This document shows, in pieces, positions 21,217 through 30,266 of a stretch of 64,000 nt of DNA. The notes beneath the pieces were generated by a model. The model was given only the letters and a program-made list of their open reading frames with translations, was not told the origin of the DNA and did no database searches. Position numbers and translations under genes: made by a program. Each line of letters starts with the position of its first letter. Within the stretch, counting starts at the first letter, position 1. The DNA comes from a virus (lineage: Duplodnaviria > Caudoviricetes), in the IMG/VR virus record IMGVR_UViG_3300009873_000003, positions 32,001 through 96,000 of that record. One strand, 5' to 3'.

Positions 21217-21891
21217 ATGAAAGTTAAAGATTGGGATTTGATTGAAACAGCTATTGAACTTCATTTAGCAAAGAAAGATTCAACAGCGTTAGTCCTACTA
21301 AAAGAAGCGTTAGACTTTTCTGATGAAGTTGGTTGCGCTAAAAATTGCTGTTCTAATCAAGCAGAAACAGAAGCGAAAAACAACGTTGAGAGCGAAGCGA
21401 AAAACAACGTTGAGAGCGAAGCGAAAAACAACGTTGAGAGCGAAGCGAAAAACTATGGCTTGAATAACTATTCTGACGCTGACGACCCACGAGACGCTCA
21501 AACAGCTAGAAGTCACATTGCTGACAAATCAGTTCATCTGATTGTGCACACTAAACCAGAAAGAAAATATAAACTTCACTCTGTTCGTTCTGTTGGTGAT
21601 GCTGATGGTAATGGCGGACGGCATGTTGCTAAAGTCAGAGTTCCTTCAAGTTTTAGTGGTCAAGTTGTTCTAGCTACTGGTTACAATGGCAATCCAGATA
21701 AATTTGATGACCAAATTCCACACTCTGTTGGTCAAGAGGTTGTCATTGACGGTAAATTCAAACTACCAGCATTAGGTCCGCTCGCTATCTTTCTAAAAGA
21801 GAACGGAAAAATTGTTTCTGATGTTGTCGGTAACATCGGCTTACCAGATGGATTGCACTTCTCGTTTAATCTTGATTTTTCTGAACGCTAA
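21217..21891 (+). CDS. Hypothetical protein with EAKNNVES x3 repeat
   Basis: ORF with an in-frame 24-bp tandem repeat at ~21370-21450. Confidence 0.65.
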   Translation: MKVKDWDLIETAIELHLAKKDSTALVLLKEALDFSDEVGCAKNCCSNQAETEAKNNVESEAKNNVESEAKNNVESEAKNYGLNNYSDADDPRDAQTARSHIADKSVHLIVHTKPERKYKLHSVRSVGDADGNGGRHVAKVRVPSSFSGQVVLATGYNGNPDKFDDQIPHSVGQEVVIDGKFKLPALGPLAIFLKENGKIVSDVVGNIGLPDGLHFSFNLDFSER

Positions 21892-21907
21892 CAATTTGTC
21901 TGCTAAC

Positions 21908-21959
21908 TAAAAAAAAAGACTTGAAAGCTAGATTAGATAGCTCTCAAGTCTTTCTTTTT
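21908..21959. terminator. Bidirectional intrinsic terminator
   Basis: A-tract, AAAGACTTGAAAGCTA/TAGCTCTCAAGTCTTT stem, T-tract. Confidence 0.8.
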
Positions 21960-22047
21960 AGGCTTATTCTCAAACGCCCGCTCGCTCTTTTTAAAAAAGA
22001 GTGAAAACCGTTATTACCTCTATCGCTTGAGGCTCTCGACAAAGTCT
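21908..22047 (-). ncRNA. Orphan predicted sRNA (promoter TTGACA 22076-81 / TAGAAT 22053-58)
   Basis: Near-consensus promoter with 17-bp spacer, no ORF, internal hairpins, ends at the bidirectional terminator. Confidence 0.5.
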
Positions 22048-22178
22048 CAATCATTCTAACATACTGATTTGCGTTTGTCAAGCTTTCTCGCAGAACCCAC
22101 TAACTCGTGTGAAAGCTTTTTTAAAATGAGTTCTGCGAAAACACTTGACAAGAGTTAAAAGTCGTGATATAATATCAG

Positions 22179-22290
22179 CATCTTCAAACGTTAGAGCACG
22201 TTCGACTTCAGCTTGCCTGTTTGAAGACTACGTCAAAAAGTCCAAACACAAAAAACGACTTAGAGAAATCAATCTCTAAGTCGTTTTTTT
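22179..22290 (+). ncRNA. Dispersed TTCGACTT-loop sRNA cassette, copy 1 (subtype A)
   Basis: TTGACA(22145)-17-TATAAT(22168), TCTTCAAAC/GTTTGAAGA stem, terminator 22250-22290. Confidence 0.75.
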
Positions 22291-22307
22291 GCGTTCTTTC
22301 GCTGCTT

Positions 22308-22634
22308 CTAGAGAAAAACAGACAGCAAGAATTTTAGAACAACTTTCGTTTCAAACATAGATAGCACTATCTCAACGTGGTTGATGTTAAGGTAGAAGTC
22401 GTTGTCTGTTCTTTCTAGTTCGATTGTGACTCGATTAATTTCGATGGTTCGCTTGTCAGACGATTCGTTAGATTCAATCAAAGTGAAGAAGACAGTTCTT
22501 AGCAATTCTAAATCTGCTGATGCGAACAGATAGAAGCGAAAACGCACAGTTTCAGAACAGATGTCAATGTTCAACTTATCAGGTTCTGATGTTAACAGTA
22601 AAAAGTCATCTTGTTTAGTGATTTCTAATTCCAA
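22308..22634 (-). CDS. Hypothetical protein
   Basis: TTG start after GGAGG; packed operon. Confidence 0.6.
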   Translation of the reverse strand: MELEITKQDDFLLLTSEPDKLNIDICSETVRFRFYLFASADLELLRTVFFTLIESNESSDKRTIEINRVTIELERTDNDFYLNINHVEIVLSMFETKVVLKFLLSVFL

Positions 22635-22794
22635 AGTTCAGCCTCCAAAGTACATAGACAGGAATAACGACAGTGAGCAGATAGAAGACAATGATTTGTG
22701 TTGCGCTAACTTGCTTGACGTTGTCTCCAATGATTTCCAACACTTTGTCAACATAGACGAAAATCACAACAACCTTGATTAGCAACTCTAGCAT
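22615..22794 (-). CDS. Small 59-aa membrane protein (absent from the ORF track)
   Basis: MLELLIKVVVIFVYV...IIVFYLLTVVIPVYVLWRLNFGIRNH; overlaps both neighbours as in a coupled operon. Confidence 0.55.
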   Translation of the reverse strand: MLELLIKVVVIFVYVDKVLEIIGDNVKQVSATQIIVFYLLTVVIPVYVLWRLNFGIRNH

Positions 22795-23204
22795 AACTCT
22801 GTCCAGAATTTATAGAACAAAAGACTTGCTTCATTGTCGAGCACAATTGACATATCATTCACGCTGACACGATAAGTATAAGCGTCAGCGAGCGAAATGT
22901 CAAACGCTTGTCCATTGACGATGAAGCTTTCATGTTCTAGCACGCTGTCTAACGCTTGTCTAAAACTACTCACAGTCTCTGGAATGTTGGCTAAGGCAAA
23001 GTTTTGTTCTGTCGTTGCTGTCTGAAACAGAACATAGAAACATTGCGTTCCAACTTGAATTGTCAACGCTTCACACTCAGTGCAGAATTTAAACGTTATC
23101 AAACAGCACACCGTCCCAGTCTTCACAAGCCCAAACAATCGAATTGCCTTGCACATCTGCTTCAACAACGCCTGTCGCATCAAAATAGCCAGCGAAATTG
23201 ACAA
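22788..23204 (-). CDS. Hypothetical protein (true start probably near 23100)
   Basis: ORF fills the gap; the annotated 5' part overlaps the upstream gene. Confidence 0.5.
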   Translation of the reverse strand: MSISLAILMRQALLKQMCKAIRLFGLVKTGTVCCLITFKFCTECEALTIQVGTQCFYVLFQTATTEQNFALANIPETVSSFRQALDSVLEHESFIVNGQAFDISLADAYTYRVSVNDMSIVLDNEASLLFYKFWTELC

Positions 23205-24648
23205 TTTCTGGTTTGTCGTAGCAAGCTGAAATGTTCGTCACAACATTGCCTGATTCGCTCGACTCCATCACAGAAATGAAACTCTTGCCACCGTCTGCGC
23301 TCATCCAAAGCATGTTTATGCCGTGAAAGTTAGTTGCAGCATAAACGATGTCACCATCAACATTCTCTAGTGCTGTCACTGTGCCTAAAATGTTAGCAGA
23401 GCGTTGTACATTCCCTTGACAAACATAGTAGAGGTCATCTTCAACAGCCGCCAGAAACGAGCAGCAAGAGATAGCTTCAACGTGATGCACAATCCCTGCG
23501 CCATTGTTTAGATAGTAAGTTTGCGCAAGCTTTGTGTCGAGGTCTAGTTGTAAAACTCTACCATTGTTTGCAGAGATGAACGCTGTCGAGCAGTCGTCAC
23601 AAATGCTAACATCAGTGTACGAAATGCCTGTCAATGGCAACGTTCTGTTGCGCAAGACTTCATAAGTCTTTGTCGCAGTGTTGTAGAGCACAATGTTCGT
23701 GTCACCAACTAATACAACAATTTGTTCGCAACCGTCAGCAGAAATGAGCCTCTCTCCTGTCGGCAATACTGTTGACGGAATTGTGACTAAACTCGCACCA
23801 AGCGTTGAGCGAATTGTTGAGCCGAAGTTCCCATTCAGATTGACATAGTTAAAGCTCGTCCCATTTCCACCCTGCATGACGTTGCGATTAACAGGTGTAG
23901 CGCAGTCAATTTCATCACAGAAGGCTAAGCTGAACACCCGCCAAACATTCCCATCTGTGCGATAGAGAATTCTTGGCTTGACGCATTCAGCAGCACAACC
24001 ACAGTCTGTGTTACATTTAGCTAATTGAACTAAAAATGTTCCTGATGTGTTTGGACATAGACAGCAACTTGTGTCGCACGTCGTGAAACTGTCAATGATA
24101 GGACCATCAGCAAGGATAGTAGCGACACTTAGCGTAGGTTTGGGTGCAGTGAAGGCGTACATGGTCTCAAAGTTGAAATCAACCGTTTCTGTCACAACAC
24201 CTTGTTCTGATTCTTGCTTAGCAAAGATGTTAGTCAGACTATAGTTCGTCACTTCAATATTTTGCAGCACAATGATGCGTTCAAACTGCGCAAAAACACT
24301 TGGGTCGGTGCAACGCCCAATGTGAATCTGAGCGTCGAACAGACAGCCTTGCTGGTAGAGTTCCTCTAACACACTATTGCCTAAGCTATAGTTTGTCGAG
24401 AATGAACCTGAACCACTTTCTTCTTTCGTTTTGATTTCAGTCACAATGTCGAAACTGTCGTAGCTCGTTGGCGAAGGACAATAGATTTTCTGTCGCTCCG
24501 CCTTACTCTTACTCAAGTCACCTACACTAATGCAAGAATGATAGGTGTAGTCTGAACAGCAGCAGTTCGATTGTGCACGCTTGAGAAAAAGTCTCGTCTG
24601 ATTGTTAATCACAACGTCGGAATTCTTTCTTCTTTTTAATCTTGCCAT
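23089..24648 (-). CDS. Paralogue of the putative tail tube/beta-propeller protein at 6395..7894
   Basis: Shared motifs: Y.Y..C, CP.P..Y..F, GC.FD...H.G.C..P..F..F......V..Y, and S.DGG BNR. Confidence 0.65.
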   Translation of the reverse strand: MARLKRRKNSDVVINNQTRLFLKRAQSNCCCSDYTYHSCISVGDLSKSKAERQKIYCPSPTSYDSFDIVTEIKTKEESGSGSFSTNYSLGNSVLEELYQQGCLFDAQIHIGRCTDPSVFAQFERIIVLQNIEVTNYSLTNIFAKQESEQGVVTETVDFNFETMYAFTAPKPTLSVATILADGPIIDSFTTCDTSCCLCPNTSGTFLVQLAKCNTDCGCAAECVKPRILYRTDGNVWRVFSLAFCDEIDCATPVNRNVMQGGNGTSFNYVNLNGNFGSTIRSTLGASLVTIPSTVLPTGERLISADGCEQIVVLVGDTNIVLYNTATKTYEVLRNRTLPLTGISYTDVSICDDCSTAFISANNGRVLQLDLDTKLAQTYYLNNGAGIVHHVEAISCCSFLAAVEDDLYYVCQGNVQRSANILGTVTALENVDGDIVYAATNFHGINMLWMSADGGKSFISVMESSESGNVVTNISACYDKPEIVNFAGYFDATGVVEADVQGNSIVWACEDWDGVLFDNV

Positions 24649-25410
24649 TTACTTATATTCCCATAGATAATCGGGAGTAGTTGCCGTCCCACCGAACCAA
24701 AAACCTGTGCCGCAATTCCAAGGACCGTTAGCAGCAACCCACGTCAATGCTTCAGCATCTGTCGGATTATTGCTGTCTGCGAACGCTGTGCTAGGAATCG
24801 CTTGATAGGTTAGACACTCATCTGTGGCTAACACACAGAAAGTTTGCTGGAAAGAGTTCGTATTTCCGTTACTATCCGTCACTGTCAACGTCACTGTATA
24901 AGAACCAGCTTGTGAGACTGTGAACGTTGGGTTAGGTGATGTCGTGCTTGAGAACGTCAACGTTCCAGGTCCGGAAGCAGTCCAAGCGTGTGTTAGTGTC
25001 ACACCGTCTTGCGTTGATGTTGACGAGTTGCCATTCAACGAACCGCCCAAAGGTGTTGTCGTGTAGGAAAAGAGGGCAACAGGCAATGGCGTGCCAACAG
25101 CGACACTAAAGTCAATGCCAGCCGCTGTGACAGCGATTATCACACTACCATCTGTCGATGTGAGATTGACAACTTCGTTGCAGCAAATGTCCTGCGAACC
25201 AGAAACTGAACTAAATCTTAAACAACAGCTTCCTTGCGTTGTCCAGTTGGCACTATTGCAAGGGTCCGCTCCTGTCAAAACCCAAATTGAGCCATCCGCA
25301 CCAACAAACGTCGAACCAGGCTGAGCAGAGCTTAGACAAGTGACGGCACAATTAGGAATGTTGAAAACGTCTGAGCTAAAATTACTCTGACAGCACGCCA
25401 TCGTCATCAC
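24649..25410 (-). CDS. Cys-rich PKD/Ig-like domain protein
   Basis: AGSYTVTLTVTDSNG PKD motif; several CC pairs. Confidence 0.65.
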   Translation of the reverse strand: MMTMACCQSNFSSDVFNIPNCAVTCLSSAQPGSTFVGADGSIWVLTGADPCNSANWTTQGSCCLRFSSVSGSQDICCNEVVNLTSTDGSVIIAVTAAGIDFSVAVGTPLPVALFSYTTTPLGGSLNGNSSTSTQDGVTLTHAWTASGPGTLTFSSTTSPNPTFTVSQAGSYTVTLTVTDSNGNTNSFQQTFCVLATDECLTYQAIPSTAFADSNNPTDAEALTWVAANGPWNCGTGFWFGGTATTPDYLWEYK

Positions 25411-25738
25411 CTCCTAACATTTGTTCAGAATAGATGTAGAACTCTGCGACGTCTAAGCGTTCGTCTTTCTCGCTTTCTGCTTCAACCTCGCTAACTAGAT
25501 TTTCATATTCAATATCGTCAAGCACATCTTCAGGCCCAAGTAGGAACTTCTGAAACTCACCATAAGTGTCATTCGTGACAGGTTCAAGGAACCCAGCGTT
25601 CACTGTCTGCTCTTGGCCTGGGACTAACGCAACTCGACTAAACTTATTCGCTTCTCCCCATCCTAAAACTGGAAGATAGGAGATTCGCTTCTCTGCTCTA
25701 TCTAAAAACTTTGCAATTATCATCTTCACTCCAAACAA
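25382..25738 (-). CDS. Hypothetical protein
   Basis: ORF in a packed operon. Confidence 0.55.
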   Translation of the reverse strand: MFGVKMIIAKFLDRAEKRISYLPVLGWGEANKFSRVALVPGQEQTVNAGFLEPVTNDTYGEFQKFLLGPEDVLDDIEYENLVSEVEAESEKDERLDVAEFYIYSEQMLGGDDDGVLSE

Positions 25739-26166
25739 TTCGCTGAAATAAACACATAGAAATAGTTGTTATTATGTTCGTAGTAGCCGACACCAACCTC
25801 ATCCTGATTGTTAAAAAAACCGATGCCGAGTAGATGGTCGTGGTGCGCTGCACTATTTCTTAAACGTTCGTAGGCATCTGTGACTGTCTGCGAACCAACT
25901 GCAATCGATTCAATCTGATTGCCATTGTCCGCAAACCCTGTCTTACATCCAAAATCAGCAGCCAGTTTATTTGAACAATAACCGTTAATACAATGCGCCA
26001 CAATGCCCGTCTCAGCCATTAACTTAGCTTTGTAGTTTGCAGCGTTGACTAAACGTTCGTCTAAACGCATCACTGGCCGCTGTTGCTCAATATCAGCAGA
26101 CCAGACCTCGTAGCCCTGCTGCTGAACCGATAGTAACATCAAAATGAGCGGTAGCATTAGTTTCAT
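25726..26166 (-). CDS. Secreted CAP/SCP-like domain protein
   Basis: Signal peptide; L..AA..KA..MA, ESIA.G, NS..H..HLL and EVGVG motifs. Confidence 0.7.
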   Translation of the reverse strand: MKLMLPLILMLLSVQQQGYEVWSADIEQQRPVMRLDERLVNAANYKAKLMAETGIVAHCINGYCSNKLAADFGCKTGFADNGNQIESIAVGSQTVTDAYERLRNSAAHHDHLLGIGFFNNQDEVGVGYYEHNNNYFYVFISANCLE

Positions 26167-26305
26167 TATAACGGTTTTCCTTACTTAATCAAGTTCTAGT
26201 TCGTCAAGCTTTCATGCGTGAAAGCTTGACAAATTATACCGCATGTGCTATGCTTTCAGCAATAAAAACATCAAGAAAAGCTTGTTAAAAAGAAAGTGTT
26301 AAACA

Positions 26306-26968
26306 ATGTACGTAGAATTCACAAATTTTCTAAATGAGCGTGACTTGAACCTAGAACTGCTGTTTAGCTACGGCTCGCAGGTCTATAATCTAGATAATGC
26401 GTCGAGTGACTATGACTTGATGGCTGTCGTGTCGCAGCAACCAGACACCTACCTTGGACTGCACGATGCGAATCGGTCTTGGGGTCACTTCACGCACGAC
26501 AACGTCACTGTGCAATTTCTTGATTTGAAACGCTTCTATCAGCTTGCCGAAAGTAGCAATTTCACGCTCTATGTTGGACTGCGGAATTTGACCTTCACTG
26601 CACCCTTGCAGCTACCGAACCCTCGCACGTTTAGCTTGCGCAAGCTTGCACATCATTGTCTTGGTCTTGTCGATAACAAAAGTCAACGTCAGTATATGAA
26701 GGCATACAGCGCATTGTTCGTCATGTTTCTAGTGCAGAACGGGCATCATCCAGCAAGTCTTGACTATCGCTATCTACTAGACAATGTTCGCTCTGTTCCT
26801 GACAATGTGAAACGGCTGCTCGAACTTAAAAAGACAGGCGAGGCAAAACTCTCTGACGTTGCCGTAAACGCACCGTACACGCACGATGAAGTTAACTTTC
26901 TATCTGACGAAAAACACTCTTATAATGATTTCTGGCTTGATTGGCTGAAGGAGCGCTATGTCTTCTAG
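26306..26968 (+). CDS. Pol-beta superfamily nucleotidyltransferase (RlaP/YcgL-like)
   Basis: YGSQVYNL....SDYD catalytic motif and DLKRF..L...SN; own promoter TTGACA(26226)-17-TATGCT. Confidence 0.7.
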   Translation: MYVEFTNFLNERDLNLELLFSYGSQVYNLDNASSDYDLMAVVSQQPDTYLGLHDANRSWGHFTHDNVTVQFLDLKRFYQLAESSNFTLYVGLRNLTFTAPLQLPNPRTFSLRKLAHHCLGLVDNKSQRQYMKAYSALFVMFLVQNGHHPASLDYRYLLDNVRSVPDNVKRLLELKKTGEAKLSDVAVNAPYTHDEVNFLSDEKHSYNDFWLDWLKERYVF

Positions 26969-28403
26969 TAACGTTTGGTCGAACTACGACTACCTTGAAC
27001 AAAACATCGAAGTGCGTATGATTCTTGACTCGCTTCGTGAATCGAACGGCACAAGAGTTTCAACAATGCTCTGGCGTGTGCCAAGATTTCTGTTACCGCA
27101 ACTGAACACTTACAGAACATTTTCAAGAAATGTTTCAAGCTGTTTGACTGGCGACAACGAACTCTACTTCGACAAACCAGTTGCTATTGCTAAAGGTAAA
27201 CGCTTTCTCAACAAAGTGTCTTTAGACACGCTCTATCGAAAATGGACCTACGGCAATTCGATAGGCAGAACTCAGAAACATGTCGTCCGTGCACTGTGTT
27301 TGCGTTGTTACGATTTCGACAAAAATGAATTTAAACACACCCATATTCGTGACATTCGTTATGAAGGCTTGAAAGAGGTCTACAAAGTAACATTCTCTAA
27401 CAAATTCACGCTAACCCTAACAAGCGACCATCGTCTACTAACCACAGAAGGTTGGAAGACGCTGCAAGACTACGGTTTACATGTTAAAGCTGACGGTCAG
27501 TGCGAATGGAACGAAGGACCGAAAATTGCTGCCAACGAAAAGCTAACGAAACCAAGTGGCCCTCATCCACGCTGGGTGAGAATTAGAAATATAGAATATG
27601 TTGGTGTTGAAAAAGTCTACGATGTTGAAGTTGAGGACGAAAACGAATCGTTTGTCTGCAATGGCATCGTTGTTCACAACAGTCGTGCTAAACGTTTTTC
27701 TAAAACTGTTTCAGAAGTCCTCGACAATCCATATGTGCCGTACATCTGGCAAGCTGACCATGCTGGAATGCAGACGGAAGAAAGATTAGAAGCTTGGAAA
27801 ACACCGATTGCGAACTTTCTGTGGAATGCTTCAATTCAAACTCAAACCTTTTGGGCTGGCTGTCTCTCAAGATTAGGCGTCTCGAAACAATACACAAATC
27901 GTCTAATTGAACCTTACATGTATGTTGACTATCTCGTGACAGCGAACGATTTTGACAATTTCTTGACGCAACGTGACAGCTTTCACGCTCAATTAGAAAT
28001 CCAAGTGCTTGCCCGTCGCCTACGTCTAGCACTAGAATGCAGCGAACCAACAGTGCTAAAAACGAATGAATGGCACCTGCCGTTTGTGACTAATTCTGAA
28101 AAAGAGAACATGTTTGATGCAATCAGACTAAGTGTTGCACGCTGCGCTCGAACCAGTTATCTTGCACCTAACATTGAAACAGACAAACAAGCTGACTTCA
28201 AGCTGTTCGCACGTTTAGCTAAAGACTATCACCTATCACCTTTTGAACATCAAGTCGTGATGTCAGGAACTTGGGGCGGGAATTTGCAAGGCGTGACACA
28301 ACTTCGCAAAGTTCTCGAAACTCACCTTACCTTCACTGATGGCGTGTTCAATTTGAAAGAGTTTGAAAATTTGTTAATGAATCGTCTTTCTCTGTTCGAC
28401 TAA
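26958..28403 (+). CDS. thyX: Flavin-dependent thymidylate synthase ThyX, intein-containing
   Basis: LNTYRTFSRNVSS^SRA, KQY.NRLIEP, AQLEIQ.LA, SVARCARTSY and H.SPFEH motifs. Confidence 0.85.
   Translation: MSSSNVWSNYDYLEQNIEVRMILDSLRESNGTRVSTMLWRVPRFLLPQLNTYRTFSRNVSSCLTGDNELYFDKPVAIAKGKRFLNKVSLDTLYRKWTYGNSIGRTQKHVVRALCLRCYDFDKNEFKHTHIRDIRYEGLKEVYKVTFSNKFTLTLTSDHRLLTTEGWKTLQDYGLHVKADGQCEWNEGPKIAANEKLTKPSGPHPRWVRIRNIEYVGVEKVYDVEVEDENESFVCNGIVVHNSRAKRFSKTVSEVLDNPYVPYIWQADHAGMQTEERLEAWKTPIANFLWNASIQTQTFWAGCLSRLGVSKQYTNRLIEPYMYVDYLVTANDFDNFLTQRDSFHAQLEIQVLARRLRLALECSEPTVLKTNEWHLPFVTNSEKENMFDAIRLSVARCARTSYLAPNIETDKQADFKLFARLAKDYHLSPFEHQVVMSGTWGGNLQGVTQLRKVLETHLTFTDGVFNLKEFENLLMNRLSLFD
27141..27680 (+). 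mobile_element. Mini-intein (180 aa, no homing endonuclease) in thyX
   Basis: Starts CLTGD, has block B LTLTSDHRLLT, ends VYDVEV....FVCNGIVVHN followed by Ser. Confidence 0.9.
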
Positions 28404-28490
28404 CATTCGTGCTAAACTTGCTGCTGCTCTCTCTGCTCTCAACAATCATTGTCTATGTCTGCCTTGTTGCTGCTAGCAGAGCAGACGAAA

Positions 28491-28523
28491 AATCCCGCCG
28501 TAAGTTTAGAAAACGGCGGGATT
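28491..28523. terminator. Hairpin between convergent genes
   Basis: AATCCCGCCGT/ACGGCGGGATT inverted repeat. Confidence 0.6.
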
Positions 28524-28554
28524 ATGGCTGACGCCAGACAGCTATGGCTGAAGC

Positions 28555-29673
28555 CTACTTCAAGAACTCTTCGCTAACCCAACCTGTGTAGTGAGTGTTA
28601 GGGACACTAACGTTCGCCCAACCGTTCGTCCTCGAATGAACCTGAACAGTTTGGCCTTCGACTAAAACAGTCAGAATCTTCCCCTTGACCATCGTTTCCC
28701 TTAAATTTAAACCAGCTTCAGCAGCCACTGTCATGAACTTGCCAGTGCTTGGAAAGGTTGGTTCAATTTTAATTGGCGGTTTTGCGGAATAGTTATGCCG
28801 ATAATCCCACTGAAGCGATTGCTTGAAATCTTCTAAACTTCTGTCATCAATATGCCATTTCGCATCGCTAGCATTAAATCTGAATAAGATGCCAGCAAGA
28901 ATTTTCTGCTGCTCTTTCTGGTTCCATTCATTCAGTTTGTGATAAAACGTCTGCACCCAACGTCCAGAGTGATTTTCGCTCCAGGGGCCATCACCGTTAG
29001 CCTCAGTGACTAGAACTTCGAGATGTTTAAGCTCAGCAGGAATTGCGTGCATCTGTTCATAGAGGTTTTGAAAGCTAAATTCTCGATGTTCATAGGGCGG
29101 GTTCATCTTCTGACTAACATCAAACTTTTCTAACTCATAACCTTTTGTGTAAGCGTGAAATGAAAAGAAATCAATCTTTTCAAAACCAATCGCTTTTGCT
29201 AGCTTAGGAATCAAATCAACCCAGTCACCTTCAAACGTCGGATTCCAGGGCGCTGGCGGAGCGAATGTTACCTTAGCATTAGGATTCGCACGCTTAATCG
29301 CTGCATAAACTTTAGCGTAACAACTAACATAATCAGACAACGAAGGCTTGATGCCGTCGGGCCATTCCCACTCAAGCGAAAGCTCGTTGCCGATTTGATA
29401 GTAATTGATGTTGGTCGAATTTCTGACAAACTGTTCAACCCTGCTTGCAAACTCGTCATACTTGTCTGGTCTTGGTATCGTGCCTGTTCTCCCATACCCC
29501 CAGTTCAATCTGACAATAGGCGTCAAGTGAGGAACGTCCCACTTTATTCCATCATAGTTACCAGAAATTTCCGTTAACAGTAAGACCCAAGCCTCTCGAC
29601 CAGCGTCACGGACAATGTTCGACCAGCGTTCGTCGAACTCATGAATTCCGTAAATGTTTTTTGACATCTTCAC
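28555..29673 (-). CDS. Glycoside-hydrolase-like TIM barrel + C-terminal SH3b domain (cell-envelope hydrolase candidate)
   Basis: YQIGNE, SFHAY and VTEAN clan GH-A-like motifs; GLNLR...GW...GWVS..FL SH3b domain. Confidence 0.65.
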   Translation of the reverse strand: MKMSKNIYGIHEFDERWSNIVRDAGREAWVLLLTEISGNYDGIKWDVPHLTPIVRLNWGYGRTGTIPRPDKYDEFASRVEQFVRNSTNINYYQIGNELSLEWEWPDGIKPSLSDYVSCYAKVYAAIKRANPNAKVTFAPPAPWNPTFEGDWVDLIPKLAKAIGFEKIDFFSFHAYTKGYELEKFDVSQKMNPPYEHREFSFQNLYEQMHAIPAELKHLEVLVTEANGDGPWSENHSGRWVQTFYHKLNEWNQKEQQKILAGILFRFNASDAKWHIDDRSLEDFKQSLQWDYRHNYSAKPPIKIEPTFPSTGKFMTVAAEAGLNLRETMVKGKILTVLVEGQTVQVHSRTNGWANVSVPNTHYTGWVSEEFLK

Positions 29674-29779
29674 TCCTTTTTAAATTAGCGTCTTGAACCT
29701 TAGCATAGCATTCTAACAAGCAGTTTTCAATTTCGCTCAAATTCGTGCTTGACAAAGTGTTGAAGATGGGATAGGGTTA

Positions 29780-29896
29780 AGTCACTCTCAAACGTCAGTA
29801 GTAAGTTCGACTTCACCTTAACTGTTTGAAGAGCGATTTAAAAAAGTCACACAAGTTTTGTCTGATTCTTGTTAAAAATCAGACATTTTTCTTTTT
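29780..29896 (+). ncRNA. Dispersed TTCGACTT-loop sRNA cassette, copy 3 (subtype B)
   Basis: TTGACA(29749)-17-TAGGGT, CTCTCAAAC/GTTTGAAGAG stem, TGTCTGATT/AATCAGACA terminator. Confidence 0.7.
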
Positions 29897-29938
29897 AAAA
29901 CTGTCCTTCAATCGTTCTAAAATTAAGGTTCACGCACC

Positions 29939-30256
29939 ATGCCTCAATTCTATGTCGCTTTTCTAAAAACTGAAGAAAAAATGTTAGAAGCAGGTATTGT
30001 GACGAAATTTGAAGCTATCACAGTGACACCTGTCATCAAGTTCGCAGACGTTCCTGCAAGCGAATCGTTCCCTATTGTCGCTGTTCGAGCACCTGCTGGT
30101 GTGCGCTTTCTTCTTTCGAGTCACACGCATGTCGTCAACGAGCTTGGCACAATTGCTGATACTGTTAGCGCAGAACATCTGCAACAAATGCTTCGCTTCT
30201 TTGAAAGTTGGGCTGCTTCCTCACCAGCAACAAGAGAGTTAAAACTAGTACGTTAA
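29939..30256 (+). CDS. Hypothetical protein
   Basis: ORF with AAGG upstream. Confidence 0.55.
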   Translation: MPQFYVAFLKTEEKMLEAGIVTKFEAITVTPVIKFADVPASESFPIVAVRAPAGVRFLLSSHTHVVNELGTIADTVSAEHLQQMLRFFESWAASSPATRELKLVR

Positions 30257-30266
30257 AGGAGCCATC

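Noticed and set aside
22145-22290. Cassette copies as MITE/IS elements
   Set aside because: No terminal inverted repeats, target-site duplications or transposase seen. Conservation follows RNA structure and promoter boxes.
24964-24981. CAGGTCCGGAAGCAG resembling the SRP RNA loop
   Set aside because: Incomplete motif, inside a coding gene, with no flanking long stem.
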